From NCBI GenBank assembly GCA_018376005.1, contig JAHACE010000001.1, positions 1-53,330 on the forward strand: a DNA stretch of 53,330 bases. The letters are read 5' to 3'. Below the pieces are notes generated by a model, which was not told the DNA's origin, did no database searches, and was given only the letters and a program-made list of their open reading frames with translations. The DNA is from Atopobium sp. (GTDB lineage: Bacteria > Actinomycetota > Coriobacteriia > Coriobacteriales > Atopobiaceae). Positions 37,583 to 47,645 of this stretch are shown here, piece by piece; the stretch's first letter is position 1, and each line of letters begins with the position of its first letter. Position numbers and translations under genes: made by a program.

Positions 37583-38695
37583 CTACTCGGAAATCTTCTC
37601 CTCAAGGCGCGCTTCTTCTACGGCCTTCTGAGCCGCCTCAATAGCGTGTGCAACCTGAGGTGTACGGTCGGCATCAGAGAGCGATGTGTCGTACAGGTGG
37701 CAGGCGCAGAAATGACCTGGCTCAGCCTCGATGCGATCAGGAATGCGCTCGGAGCAAACCTTCATTGCCTTAGGGCAACGCGTGTGGAATACGCAACCTG
37801 AAGGTGGATTTGCAGGACTTGGAACGTCACCTTGAAGAATGCGCTTTTCCTGGATACGCTCGTGGCGAATACGAGGAATAACGTCCAAAAGTGCCTGAGT
37901 ATATGGGTGCAGTGGGCGCTCAAAGAGGGCGTCTTTAGTAGCAAACTCCATCTGGTGACCCAGATACATGACCATAACAGTATCTGCAATGTGGCGGACA
38001 ACAGAGAGGTCATGGCTGATAAAGATATAGGCCAGACCGTGATCTTTCTGCAGCTCTTCAAGCAAGTTGATTACCTTGGCCTGAACAGAAACGTCCAAAG
38101 CAGAAACAGGCTCGTCGCAGACAACAATTTCTGGCTCAAGCACAATAGCGCGAGCAATACCAATACGCTGGCGCTGACCGCCCGAAAACTCATGAGGGTA
38201 GCGGTACTTGAACTCAAGGTTAAGGCCAACTTCCTCCATAACCTCTTCAATGCGAGCATCACGCTCTGCCTTTGTCTTATAGGTGCCTGCAATATCAATA
38301 GGCTCACCAATGATATCCATGACCGTCATACGAGGGTTCAGTGAGCTGTAAGGATCCTGGAAGATAAGCTTCATCTTCTGACGAGCACGCTTAAGATCTT
38401 CTCCCTTGAGTGAGGTGAAATCTTCCCCATCAAGCTCAACCGTACCAGAGGTTGGCTCGGTAAGGCGCAGCACGCACTTGCCTGTTGTAGATTTTCCGCA
38501 GCCAGACTCACCAACGATGGCCAAGGTCTCTTTGCGCCTGAGCTCAAACGAAACATCCTCAACAGCATGAACGGAAGCGTTAGAACGACCAAATACACCG
38601 TTTTTAATAGGGAATCGCTTGACCAAATTCTTTACGGACAAGATGGTTTTCTCGCCAGAAAGGTCCTTGACGTCTGTGTTTTTCTCTTCTGCCAT
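37583..38695 (-). CDS. Oligopeptide ABC ATP-binding protein (OppF-like)
   Basis: [28 protein letters not shown]. Confidence 0.93.
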   Translation of the reverse strand: MAEEKNTDVKDLSGEKTILSVKNLVKRFPIKNGVFGRSNASVHAVEDVSFELRRKETLAIVGESGCGKSTTGKCVLRLTEPTSGTVELDGEDFTSLKGEDLKRARQKMKLIFQDPYSSLNPRMTVMDIIGEPIDIAGTYKTKAERDARIEEVMEEVGLNLEFKYRYPHEFSGGQRQRIGIARAIVLEPEIVVCDEPVSALDVSVQAKVINLLEELQKDHGLAYIFISHDLSVVRHIADTVMVMYLGHQMEFATKDALFERPLHPYTQALLDVIPRIRHERIQEKRILQGDVPSPANPPSGCVFHTRCPKAMKVCSERIPDRIEAEPGHFCACHLYDTSLSDADRTPQVAHAIEAAQKAVEEARLEEKISE

Positions 38696-38697
38696 GA

Positions 38698-39822
38698 CTA
38701 CTCACCCCACTCATCAGTGTATTTCCAACAGCTGACAGTATGGCAATTGTCTTCACCAACAGCAGTCAAGCTAGGACGACGATTCTTACAAATGTCCTTA
38801 GCAAACGGACAACGTGGATGGAATGGGCAGCCAGAAGGCATATGCGAAAGCATAGGAACGCTACCAGGAATTGCATAGAGTTCCTTGGTGCGCTCGTCAA
38901 ACGATGGAATGGATGCAATCAAGCCCTGAGCATAAGGGTGCAGAGGGTTAGTAAAGAGCTCTGCAGACTGCGCATACTCAACGCGATGACCAGCGTACAT
39001 GACAAGAACCCAGTCAGCCATCTCGGAAACAACGCCCATGTCGTGTGTAATCAACATGATAGCGGTGCCCAAATCTTGCTTCATGCGATCGATAATCTGC
39101 AGAATCTGAGCTTGAACCGTTACATCCAAAGCAGTTGTTGGCTCGTCGCAGATAAGCAGCGATGGCTGGCAAGCTAGTGCCATAGCAATCATGACACGCT
39201 GACGCATACCACCAGAAAGCTCATGTGGATATGACGAGAAGACCTTCTCTGGTGCAGGAATGCCCACCAGCTTAATCATATCAAGGGCCTTCTGATCTGC
39301 TTCCTGTTTGCTCATATTGGGATTATGAACAAGGATACCCTCACGAATCTGAAGACCAGATTTCATAACAGGATTCAAGGAGGTCATGGGCTCCTGGAAA
39401 ATCATACCAATGCGATTACCGCGGAAGTCACGCATGCCACCACGAGGAAGCTGCGTTAAATCAGTTCCCTCAAAAATAATTTCTCCGCCGGTAATCTGCG
39501 CAGGAGGTGTAGGCAGCAATCCCATGACTGACAATGCCGTCATGGACTTACCGCAGCCAGACTCTCCTACTACCGCAAGAGTCTCGCCTTTACGCATAAT
39601 AAACGAGAGGTCACTTACTGCAGGAAGTGCGCCATCTTCGGTGAAAAGCGTAACATCAAGATGATTAACGTCGAGAAGAACGTTCTTTTTGCACTGCTCT
39701 TCTCGCTCCCTTTGAGCAGTTTCTTGTGCAAGCTTGCGCTCCTCAAGACTGCAAAACTTCACAGCCTGACCATTTGGACCTTCGATGACATGCTCAAATG
39801 TTGCATCTGTATTTTCTGCCAT
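38698..39822 (-). CDS. Oligopeptide ABC ATP-binding protein (OppD-like)
   Basis: [25 protein letters not shown]; start moved to ATG 39822 after AGGAGG. Confidence 0.92.
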   Translation of the reverse strand: MAENTDATFEHVIEGPNGQAVKFCSLEERKLAQETAQREREEQCKKNVLLDVNHLDVTLFTEDGALPAVSDLSFIMRKGETLAVVGESGCGKSMTALSVMGLLPTPPAQITGGEIIFEGTDLTQLPRGGMRDFRGNRIGMIFQEPMTSLNPVMKSGLQIREGILVHNPNMSKQEADQKALDMIKLVGIPAPEKVFSSYPHELSGGMRQRVMIAMALACQPSLLICDEPTTALDVTVQAQILQIIDRMKQDLGTAIMLITHDMGVVSEMADWVLVMYAGHRVEYAQSAELFTNPLHPYAQGLIASIPSFDERTKELYAIPGSVPMLSHMPSGCPFHPRCPFAKDICKNRRPSLTAVGEDNCHTVSCWKYTDEWGE

Positions 39823-39838
39823 AAACGTAACCTCCTTT

Positions 39839-40795
39839 CTAAGAACGCATCTTTGGATCAAGGGCGTCGCGAAGGGCGTCGCCAAGCAAGTTAAAAGACA
39901 TAACCGTAATGATGATGACAATACCTGGAGCAATACTGTAGATAGGCTGTGATGCAAGGAATGGCTGAGAAGCTGCAATCATTTGACCCCAGCTTGCATC
40001 AGGTGGCTGAACGCCCAATCCCAAGAACGAAAGCGTTGCCTCAGAAAGAATTGCACTTGGAATACCCAGGGTAGAAACAACAATCAGCGTAGAAATGCAG
40101 TTAGGAAGCAAATGCTTCATGATGATGCGGAAGCTGTTACCACCAGACAAAATACAAGACTGAATGTATTCAGAATTCTTCAGGCGCATGACGTCGCCTC
40201 GAATCAGCCTTGCCGTAGTTGTCCACATCAGAAGACCCAGTGCAATATAGAGGTTAATAAGACCTGGGCCCATAACAAACATAATCAAAATTGCAAAAAG
40301 CAAGAATGGGAAGCTGGAGAAAACCTGAATGATAAAGGAAACAACTGCATCAACCCAACGGCCATAATATCCGGCTGCAACTCCCGCAACAAAGCCAATA
40401 AAGAGAGCAATAGCCTGCGAAATAATACCAACAGACAGAGAAATCTGGCAGCCATAGATAATACGAGAAAGGATATCTCTGCCGTACTCATCGGTGCCAA
40501 GCAGATGTGCAAACGTTGGATTCTGATTCATAATTGCAAGGTTTTGATCCTTGTAGCTGTAAGGAGCAATCACAGGAGCAAGAATTGCAATAATCGCAAG
40601 GGCCAAAACAATGCCTAAGCAGATCATGCCCAGTTTGTTCCTCTTAAAAATGTTCCAGCTAACCTGCCAGTAGCTCTGAGCACGAACTTTTCCCGTGGTA
40701 GCCTGTTTCTCTTCTTGAGCCTTGGCGGCATCCTCAAGTACAGCTTCAGTCTTTTGGACCTTCTCGCTATTTTTATCACTTGTAAACAAAGCCAT
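39839..40795 (-). CDS. Oligopeptide ABC permease (OppC-like)
   Basis: LGTDEYGRD, HLLPN, GDALRDALDP. Confidence 0.93.
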   Translation of the reverse strand: MALFTSDKNSEKVQKTEAVLEDAAKAQEEKQATTGKVRAQSYWQVSWNIFKRNKLGMICLGIVLALAIIAILAPVIAPYSYKDQNLAIMNQNPTFAHLLGTDEYGRDILSRIIYGCQISLSVGIISQAIALFIGFVAGVAAGYYGRWVDAVVSFIIQVFSSFPFLLFAILIMFVMGPGLINLYIALGLLMWTTTARLIRGDVMRLKNSEYIQSCILSGGNSFRIIMKHLLPNCISTLIVVSTLGIPSAILSEATLSFLGLGVQPPDASWGQMIAASQPFLASQPIYSIAPGIVIIITVMSFNLLGDALRDALDPKMRS

Positions 40796-41730
40796 TACTC
40801 TGATGCCTCCTCTCCAAGACGAATGCGTGGATCAACTACCGCGTACAAAATATCAACAAGCAAATAAATCACAACGCAGATAATTGCCACATACATGACA
40901 CTACCCTGAATCAGCGGCAGGTCACGAGCATTAATTGCATCAATAAGCAACTTACCCATACCGTTCATATTAAAAATCTGCTCAATGATGATGGAACCAG
41001 TAAGAATGTCTCCCAGCTGAGATCCAGCAATGGTAATGATTGGAATCAGAGCATTTCTGAGCGCGTGCTTCAAAACAATAGCGGAGCGCTTTAAGCCCTT
41101 AGCTTCAGCGGTTCTAATGTAGTCCTGATTTAATACGTCCAGCATGCTGGTCCTGGTAACGCGGGCAATACTTGCTGCGTAACGAGAGCCCAGCGCAATA
41201 ACAGGAAGAACGTACGCGGATGGCGTTTTAACGCCTGATAGCGGGAACCACTTAAGCGTCATAGCAAAAATAATCTGCAGTACAAGTGCCACCCAAAACG
41301 ATGGAGCAGAAATACCAAAGATTGCAGCTGACATAAGTGTTCTATCAAGCCATTTTCCATGGTTTACTGCGGCGAGAATACCCATCAAAAGACCAAATAC
41401 TATGGCAAAAAGATACGCAAACACTGCTAAACGTAGCGTAACTCCCAAAGCCTTAGTTAGAAGTGCAATGACAGGTCGCTTCTGAGTGTAAGAAGTTCCA
41501 AAATCTCCACCAAGCATTTTTACAAACCAGTTTGCGTACTGCTCTGGAATTGGCTTATCAAGACCCATGGTGTGACGGACCTGTTGAACAGTAGCCTCAT
41601 CAGCCATATCGCCCATCATGACTCGTACTGGGTCACCTGGGACAATGTTCAAGACAAAAAACGTTAAAGCAGAAATACAAACTACAACGCTCACTGCTTG
41701 AAGGATTCGTTTGATTAGAAACGATCTCAC
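40795..41730 (-). CDS. Oligopeptide ABC permease (OppB-like)
   Basis: PGDP, DYIRTAEAKGL, DPRIR. Confidence 0.93.
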   Translation of the reverse strand: MRSFLIKRILQAVSVVVCISALTFFVLNIVPGDPVRVMMGDMADEATVQQVRHTMGLDKPIPEQYANWFVKMLGGDFGTSYTQKRPVIALLTKALGVTLRLAVFAYLFAIVFGLLMGILAAVNHGKWLDRTLMSAAIFGISAPSFWVALVLQIIFAMTLKWFPLSGVKTPSAYVLPVIALGSRYAASIARVTRTSMLDVLNQDYIRTAEAKGLKRSAIVLKHALRNALIPIITIAGSQLGDILTGSIIIEQIFNMNGMGKLLIDAINARDLPLIQGSVMYVAIICVVIYLLVDILYAVVDPRIRLGEEASE

Positions 41731-41759
41731 TCCTGAGCTCCTCTCCCCTCAAGAAAATG

Positions 41760-41790
41760 AAGCGGCATCCAAGAATCTTAGATGCCGCTT
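41760..41790 (-). other. Stem-loop between the binding-protein and permease genes
   Basis: AAGCGGCATC-11nt-GATGCCGCTT. Confidence 0.55.
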
Positions 41791-41814
41791 TAAAGTTTAT
41801 AGCAAGTTTGCTAC

Positions 41815-43461
41815 TTAGTCCTCTGGAACGGTGTAATCGGAATTAGATGTATCAATATCGACATCAAAGAAGTGATAAATCAAGTTTCCAACCTTAGCGT
41901 TCTTGACGTACTTCTTAGCGACAAAGGAGTTCTTTGGCCAATACAGAGGAAGTGTAGCAAAGTCTGTACGAGTCAGTAGGTTATCTGCGTCCTTGTAATC
42001 CTCTGTTCTCTTATCCTTGTTAGACTCAGAGCGACCCTCAACAAGGAGCTTGTCAAACTCTGGATTGTTGTAGAAGGAAGACTTCTTTGCAGCGTTGGTG
42101 CTGTAGAAGTAGGTGTACAGGTGCTGGTCACCATCGGCAAACAGTGGATACCAAGCAAGGGTAGTAATCTGGAGGTTGCCAGCAGCCCAGTCAGTATTCC
42201 AGACTGCGTTGTCCTCTACCTGAACATCAAGGGTAACGCCAACCTTGCTCCAGTACTCCTGAACAGCAACAAGGAGTTTTTCGTAAGACTTTCTAACCTT
42301 TGCAGAAAGCTTAAGGTCAGATGCACCAGCCTCAGCAAGCAGAGACTTAGCCTTCTCAGGATCGTATTCAAATGCAGGTGCGCTCTTGTCGTAACCAGGG
42401 GTTGCTGGTGCGAGCCAGCCACTTGCAACGGTACCGTTACCAGAAGCAATGTTATCAACAAGCTCCTGACGGTTGATTGCCAGAGAAAGTGCCTGACGAA
42501 CCTTAGGGTCAGTCAGACCCAGACCCTCTTTGAGGTTAAGGTTGATGAAGTTAACACCAAGGGTCTGATATGCAGTGATAAGATCCTTGACGTCAGCATC
42601 GCTTGAATACTGCTGATACAGAGAGGATGGAAGATCGCAGAAATCGATGTCGTTGTTCTTGAATGCAAGCAGCTGAGTGTTGGTGTCATCGTAGTAGTGA
42701 ATACGAATCTCATCCAGTGCAGGCTTGCCATCGTGATAGTCATCAAAGCGCTCGAGAACTACCTCAGTAGTGTCATCGTTGCTCTTAATCTTGTACTTAC
42801 CAGTACCGATGAGGTTAGTACCGGTACCCCAATCAGCACCAGCAGCCTCACAAGCCTTCTCTGGGAAGATGCAAGCATAGGAGATTCCAAGAACGCTTAC
42901 AAAGACAATGTAAGGCTCGGAAAGCGTAAAGGTGAAGTGAGTATCATCCTGAACAGTCAGGCCCTCAAGCTCAGTTGCCTTACCGGCAAGCATCTCTGGA
43001 GCACCCTTAATCTTGTCAAAGAAGCTGGTGGAGAGAGCCTTAGTTTCTGGCTTAAACATACGCTCAAAGGTGTACTTAACATCCTTTGCGGTCAAAGTAG
43101 TACCGTCGTGGAACTTAATGCCCTCTTTGAGCTCGCACTTAAGAGTAAGACCGTCAGACTCAAAGGTTGGAATCTCTTTAAGCAGACATGTGACAAGCTC
43201 ATTATCCTCAGTCCAACGAAGCAAAGACTCGCAAACAGAGTCTGCAACACATGCGGACTGTGAGTTGTTTGCACGCTGCATATCAAGGCCCTGCTTAGAA
43301 TTTGCAGAACCGTAGCGAAGAATCTTCTTCTTATCAGATGCCTGAGGAGTATCAGTGGAGGAAGGATTGCAGCCAGCCAGCATCATAGATGCGCCACCAC
43401 CAGCCGCTACCATACCTGATGCCTTCAAAAAATTACGACGGCTTAGTGAGTTCTCCAGCAT
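41815..43461 (-). CDS. Oligopeptide ABC substrate-binding lipoprotein (OppA-like)
   Basis: SRRNFL leader, LAGC lipobox, KFHDG; paralogue of 35882-37486. Confidence 0.92.
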   Translation of the reverse strand: MLENSLSRRNFLKASGMVAAGGGASMMLAGCNPSSTDTPQASDKKKILRYGSANSKQGLDMQRANNSQSACVADSVCESLLRWTEDNELVTCLLKEIPTFESDGLTLKCELKEGIKFHDGTTLTAKDVKYTFERMFKPETKALSTSFFDKIKGAPEMLAGKATELEGLTVQDDTHFTFTLSEPYIVFVSVLGISYACIFPEKACEAAGADWGTGTNLIGTGKYKIKSNDDTTEVVLERFDDYHDGKPALDEIRIHYYDDTNTQLLAFKNNDIDFCDLPSSLYQQYSSDADVKDLITAYQTLGVNFINLNLKEGLGLTDPKVRQALSLAINRQELVDNIASGNGTVASGWLAPATPGYDKSAPAFEYDPEKAKSLLAEAGASDLKLSAKVRKSYEKLLVAVQEYWSKVGVTLDVQVEDNAVWNTDWAAGNLQITTLAWYPLFADGDQHLYTYFYSTNAAKKSSFYNNPEFDKLLVEGRSESNKDKRTEDYKDADNLLTRTDFATLPLYWPKNSFVAKKYVKNAKVGNLIYHFFDVDIDTSNSDYTVPED

Positions 43462-43704
43462 GTTAACCCTTCTTTCTTATTAAAACGATTTATAAGACAA
43501 CCCTGCTGGGGTCAGATAACTATACAAAACAATTACCAGCATTTACCTATATATACCTAGGATGAAATAGACATGAAACATTAAATTGCGACGATAACAG
43601 CAAAATCTATTTACCTGCACTTTTTGTCTAACCATATAGGAATTACCTATATTGAAACATAAAAATTGACTAAGCATTTTTGGACAGTTGTCCATTTTAT
43701 CCAT

Positions 43705-43742
43705 AAAAATATTGGCAGGTACCAAAGAGATACCTGCCAATA
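43705..43742 (-). terminator. Terminator of the LPXTG protein gene
   Basis: TATTGGCAGGTA-9nt-TACCTGCCAATA followed by TTTTT. Confidence 0.65.
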
Positions 43743-43772
43743 CAAATGCATGTAACGAGAGCACTCTCTGTC

Positions 43773-45494
43773 TTAGTGCTTACGCTTCATAAGTTCAGCG
43801 GCTGTCAAAGCAGCTCCACCCATAACCATAAGAGGCATTACCAGAAGCTCTTCTCCCGTATTAGGAAGCTGTGCTTTCTTCTTCTTTGTCTTCTTCTCTT
43901 TTACAGGAGAAGCAGGATTGGAAGGCTCTTCTGGAGCTGGAGTTGGTGTTGGAGTTGGAGTATCAGACTCAACAGTTAGGGTAACCGTCTTTGCTGCCTC
44001 GTAGTCATTGCCTGCAGCTGCAGCATTACCATTGAAGTAATAGTAATAGGTGACGGAGTATGCACCTGAAGTCTTAGAAATCTCTTCTGCCTTCTGAGCA
44101 ACAGTTGCTGCATCCATTGTTGCTGTATCAAGTACAACTGTACCGCTCTGATCAACAACCTTAACGCGAGCGTCAGCAGAACCAGCAGCAGGGGTAACCT
44201 GACCAGCGCTGTGATCAACCATAGCATCAAGGTTATCAAGAATAGTCCAGGAATCCTGGTTAGCGGTAATAGTGCTGTCGTGTGCCGTGACTACCTGCCT
44301 AAGCTCTGTATAAAGAGGAGTAATAACGCCATTGTTAAGATCAAGCTCATCAGTTGAGTTCTCAGAAGCATTGATGACAAGGTTGCCGCTAGAAAGAGAA
44401 GTGTACGAATACTCCTGATACACATCATCAGTAAGGTCATTATCAACAGCAAGCTGCCAGCCAGGAAGATTGAGGTACAGTCCCCTATTGGAATTTCCAG
44501 TATGAACTGAATAGCCATAATCCCTCATGGCATTCTTAATGTTGGTCAAATCAATGTAGTACGCACCGCCGGTATACAGAGCATCGTTCTCCGTTGCGCT
44601 GTGGCGATCTTCATACAGGATATTGTCAACGTGAATATCACTTGCAGAAATAGTTGGCATGTAATTCCACTCGTCCTGTGGGATAGCGTAATAGCTACCG
44701 TCAGGCCTAATAATTACGCCCAGATATTTCTTATTGCTGCTAAGAATGGAATTGTTTGTTCCCTCTTCCAAAACCTGCCTTGCAAACCTGACTGAAACAC
44801 GAGGGTTTCCGTAAGAGGTTCTGTGATCAAGCAGATACTGGGTAAGACCCACATAGTTGGTACCGTACAGATTGAGAGTAGAGCCATTGGTAAGTGTCAG
44901 AGGAACGGTAAGTGTAATGGTTTCACCAGCAGCCAGGGTACCAGAAATAGAAATGGAACGCATCTCAGCATTGTCCTGACCAGCTGCCTGGTATGCAGCA
45001 TAAGCATTAGCTGCAGGCTGAGAGCCAGAACCACCGTTCAGTCCACTAATGTTCAGGTTAATTGCAGTTGCTGTATTAGTTGATGAGAAGGTAAATCCAG
45101 TTGCACGCAAATCAGGATTAGGGCTTGAGCTGACATAGTAAGTAAGTGGCAGCTGCATAACCTCGTTTACAGAAACTGGAGATGAAGAGATGTTGGTAAT
45201 CTTTACCACTGCCTGCAGATTCTGATACTTATCAATATCTACAATGGAGCGGTTCATCTGAGTGGTGTCATTATCCTTATAAGCGTAGTTAGATGTCTGA
45301 CCAGAAGCATCTGTAAAGTAAATAGAACGCTCAATAAGGCCGTCTGCACTCACAGATGGAGACACGTTAGTAGTAGTGCCGTTATAGAACGAATTGTTAC
45401 TTGCAGCGTATGCAATATTTGGCATAAAGATTAAAGCTGCCAAAAATGCAAACATAACAGCAAGAAAACTGCGGCCCTGCATCTTTGATGTCAT
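43773..45494 (-). CDS. Sortase-anchored (LPNTG) surface protein with Ig-like domain
   Basis: Sec signal (AYA), PT-rich linker, LPNTG, hydrophobic tail, KRKH; HDSTI...W...DN...YSVTY resembles Big_3. Confidence 0.85.
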   Translation of the reverse strand: MTSKMQGRSFLAVMFAFLAALIFMPNIAYAASNNSFYNGTTTNVSPSVSADGLIERSIYFTDASGQTSNYAYKDNDTTQMNRSIVDIDKYQNLQAVVKITNISSSPVSVNEVMQLPLTYYVSSSPNPDLRATGFTFSSTNTATAINLNISGLNGGSGSQPAANAYAAYQAAGQDNAEMRSISISGTLAAGETITLTVPLTLTNGSTLNLYGTNYVGLTQYLLDHRTSYGNPRVSVRFARQVLEEGTNNSILSSNKKYLGVIIRPDGSYYAIPQDEWNYMPTISASDIHVDNILYEDRHSATENDALYTGGAYYIDLTNIKNAMRDYGYSVHTGNSNRGLYLNLPGWQLAVDNDLTDDVYQEYSYTSLSSGNLVINASENSTDELDLNNGVITPLYTELRQVVTAHDSTITANQDSWTILDNLDAMVDHSAGQVTPAAGSADARVKVVDQSGTVVLDTATMDAATVAQKAEEISKTSGAYSVTYYYYFNGNAAAAGNDYEAAKTVTLTVESDTPTPTPTPAPEEPSNPASPVKEKKTKKKKAQLPNTGEELLVMPLMVMGGAALTAAELMKRKH

Positions 45495-45582
45495 AGGCGT
45501 ATTCCTCCTCAGAATAAAAACTTAGCGTTATATTTTCGCATTAACACCCTGTTGAAGGAATGGAGATATTTGTTACTTACAT

Positions 45583-45615
45583 AAAAAGAGACGTCATCTT
45601 TCGATGACGTCTCTT
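45583..45615 (-). terminator. rpsA terminator
   Basis: AAGAGACGTCATC-TTTC-GATGACGTCTCTT plus a T run on the minus strand. Confidence 0.75.
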
Positions 45616-45642
45616 GACAAATCTCTAGATGCGCAAAGTGCT

Positions 45643-46887
45643 CTACTCTGCAGCCTCTTCGGTTGCCTGTGCGTTAGCCTCAGACTCAACAAGGTGAGCC
45701 TCAAGATCAGCCTCAGCCTCAGCTGCTGCTGCCTCTGCTGCTGCACGCTCCTCCTCTGGAAGTGGAGTGACCTCAATGTCAATGCCAAGGGTCTCTGCAG
45801 CTGCCTTCATAGACAGGGAGATGCGACGACGGTCAAGATCAATCTCCATGACCTTTACCTGTACAACGTCGCCAACCTTGCAGACCTGAGATGGAGCAGT
45901 AACGTGCTGCTTAGCCATCTCGGAGATGTGGACGAGGCCCTCAACGCCGTTGCCAAGGTCAACAAATGCACCGAAGGTAACAAGCTTGGTGACAGTGCCC
46001 TCGATGATAGCGTCAACTGGGTACTTGGAAACAAGTACACGCCATGGATCCTCGGAAGTCTGCTTAAGACCAAGGGAGATACGCTCACGGTTAAGGTCAA
46101 CGTCGAGAACCTGAACCTCAACCTCCTGGCCAACCTTAACAACCTCAGATGGGTGGTTAACGTGGTTCCAAGAAAGCTCGGAAATGTGAACCAGGCCGTC
46201 AATGCCGCCAAGGTCAACAAATGCACCAAACTCAACGATGGAGGAAACAGTACCCTTGAGCTTCATGCCAACCTGGAGCTTGCCCAGGATGTCCTGACGC
46301 TCTGCCTTACGAGCCTCCTCAAGAACAATACGGCGAGAAAGAACAACGTTGTTGCGGTTGCGATCCATCTCGATAACACGAGCCTCAATACGAGTGCCCA
46401 TGAATGCACCAAGATCCTTGACACGACGGAGGTCAACAAGGGATGCAGGCAGGAAGCCACGGAGGCCAATGTCAAGAATCAGGCCGCCCTTAACAACCTC
46501 GATAACCTCGCCCTCAACGGTCTCACCAGCGTTGAACTTATCCTCAACTGCCTTCCAAGCACGCTCGTACTCAGCACGCTTCTTGGAAAGAACCAGACGG
46601 CCCTCTTTGTCCTCTTTCTGGAGAACAAGAGCCTCGACGTCCTCACCCAGGGAGATGACCTCTGCAGGGTTAACGTCTTTACGAATAGAAAGCTCACGAG
46701 CAGGAATAACGCCCTCAGACTTGTAGCCAATGTCTACGAGGACCTCATCGCGCTCAATCTTGACGACGGTGCCGTTGACAAGATCTCCCTCATCAAAGTC
46801 GGTGACAGTGCCGTCGATCAGGCTGTTCATTTCCTCATCGGAAATTTCATCCAAAGAGAAGATGGACGAGTTCTGAATCTCACTCAA
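45643..46887 (-). CDS. rpsA: 30S ribosomal protein S1 (four S1 domains)
   Basis: DIGYKSEG, RGFLPASL, FGAFVDLG repeats; TTG start. Confidence 0.97.
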   Translation of the reverse strand: MSEIQNSSIFSLDEISDEEMNSLIDGTVTDFDEGDLVNGTVVKIERDEVLVDIGYKSEGVIPARELSIRKDVNPAEVISLGEDVEALVLQKEDKEGRLVLSKKRAEYERAWKAVEDKFNAGETVEGEVIEVVKGGLILDIGLRGFLPASLVDLRRVKDLGAFMGTRIEARVIEMDRNRNNVVLSRRIVLEEARKAERQDILGKLQVGMKLKGTVSSIVEFGAFVDLGGIDGLVHISELSWNHVNHPSEVVKVGQEVEVQVLDVDLNRERISLGLKQTSEDPWRVLVSKYPVDAIIEGTVTKLVTFGAFVDLGNGVEGLVHISEMAKQHVTAPSQVCKVGDVVQVKVMEIDLDRRRISLSMKAAAETLGIDIEVTPLPEEERAAAEAAAAEAEADLEAHLVESEANAQATEEAAE

Positions 46888-47030
46888 AGGTGGACCCCTT
46901 CCAAAACGGGGCCCCGGTCAACATGGTTGCTGCCAGAGTGCCAATACGTGGGCTTCTCTACTCGGAAACTTACATGCTCTCGGGGGCCAACAGATACAGT
47001 GTATAGCTTGACGCCATACGGGCAATAGGA

Positions 47031-47069
47031 TAGCGCTCTTCGGCTGATTAAACAAGCCAAAGAGCGCTA
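47031..47069 (-). terminator. Hairpin downstream of the HMA gene
   Basis: TAGCGCTCTT...AAGAGCGCTA. Confidence 0.45.
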
Positions 47070-47142
47070 CTTTGCACAGCTATTACGCAAGTTTTACAAA
47101 ATTTCTTCAAAGTTTGTTTCTTGCGAGAAGATCTTGTTGTGC

Positions 47143-47535
47143 TTACGCACGAAGACGGTAGCCTTCTTTCTCTACGGCAGCTCGGTACGCATCGACATCA
47201 ATTGGATTTTTGCTGAGGATACGTGCCTGACCACCAGCTAGAGTAACCTGCGCCCATGTTCCCTCAATACTATCGAGAGCTCGAGTCACATGATTGACGC
47301 AGTTCTGGCAAGTCATACCACCAATCTCAAATGTTTGAACATAAGGGTAATGAGATTCATCTTTGTCTTCTGGACCATCTGCAGCAGAAACCTGCTCTGT
47401 GTTACAGGTAGTAACGCCTGTTCCCTCATCAGAGCAGCAGCCTTTTTTACCTGCGGCAATTCCGTAAACACGATAAACCGCAAAACCGCAAAGCGCTACA
47501 ACAGCAAGAATAACAATAATATTGATTGGTGACAT
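47143..47535 (-). CDS. Membrane-anchored heavy-metal-associated (HMA) domain protein
   Basis: N-terminal TM helix plus KKGCC; C-terminal GMTCQNC. Confidence 0.85.
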   Translation of the reverse strand: MSPINIIVILAVVALCGFAVYRVYGIAAGKKGCCSDEGTGVTTCNTEQVSAADGPEDKDESHYPYVQTFEIGGMTCQNCVNHVTRALDSIEGTWAQVTLAGGQARILSKNPIDVDAYRAAVEKEGYRLRA

Positions 47536-47645
47536 ACAAACTTCCTTTCTGTTGCTGTTTTACTACCCACCATTCTCTAGATTATTCAAAAAAATGATGT
47601 TTTTCTCGCAAAATTTAACAACAACAGTAAAAATTGTAATGCAGC

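Noticed and set aside
43930..43962. 6-bp periodic repeat
   Set aside because: Encodes the ordinary Pro-Thr linker of the surface protein
45604..47028. 474-aa plus-strand ORF antisense to rpsA
   Set aside because: Shadow ORF from the strong codon bias of a highly expressed gene; no family motif
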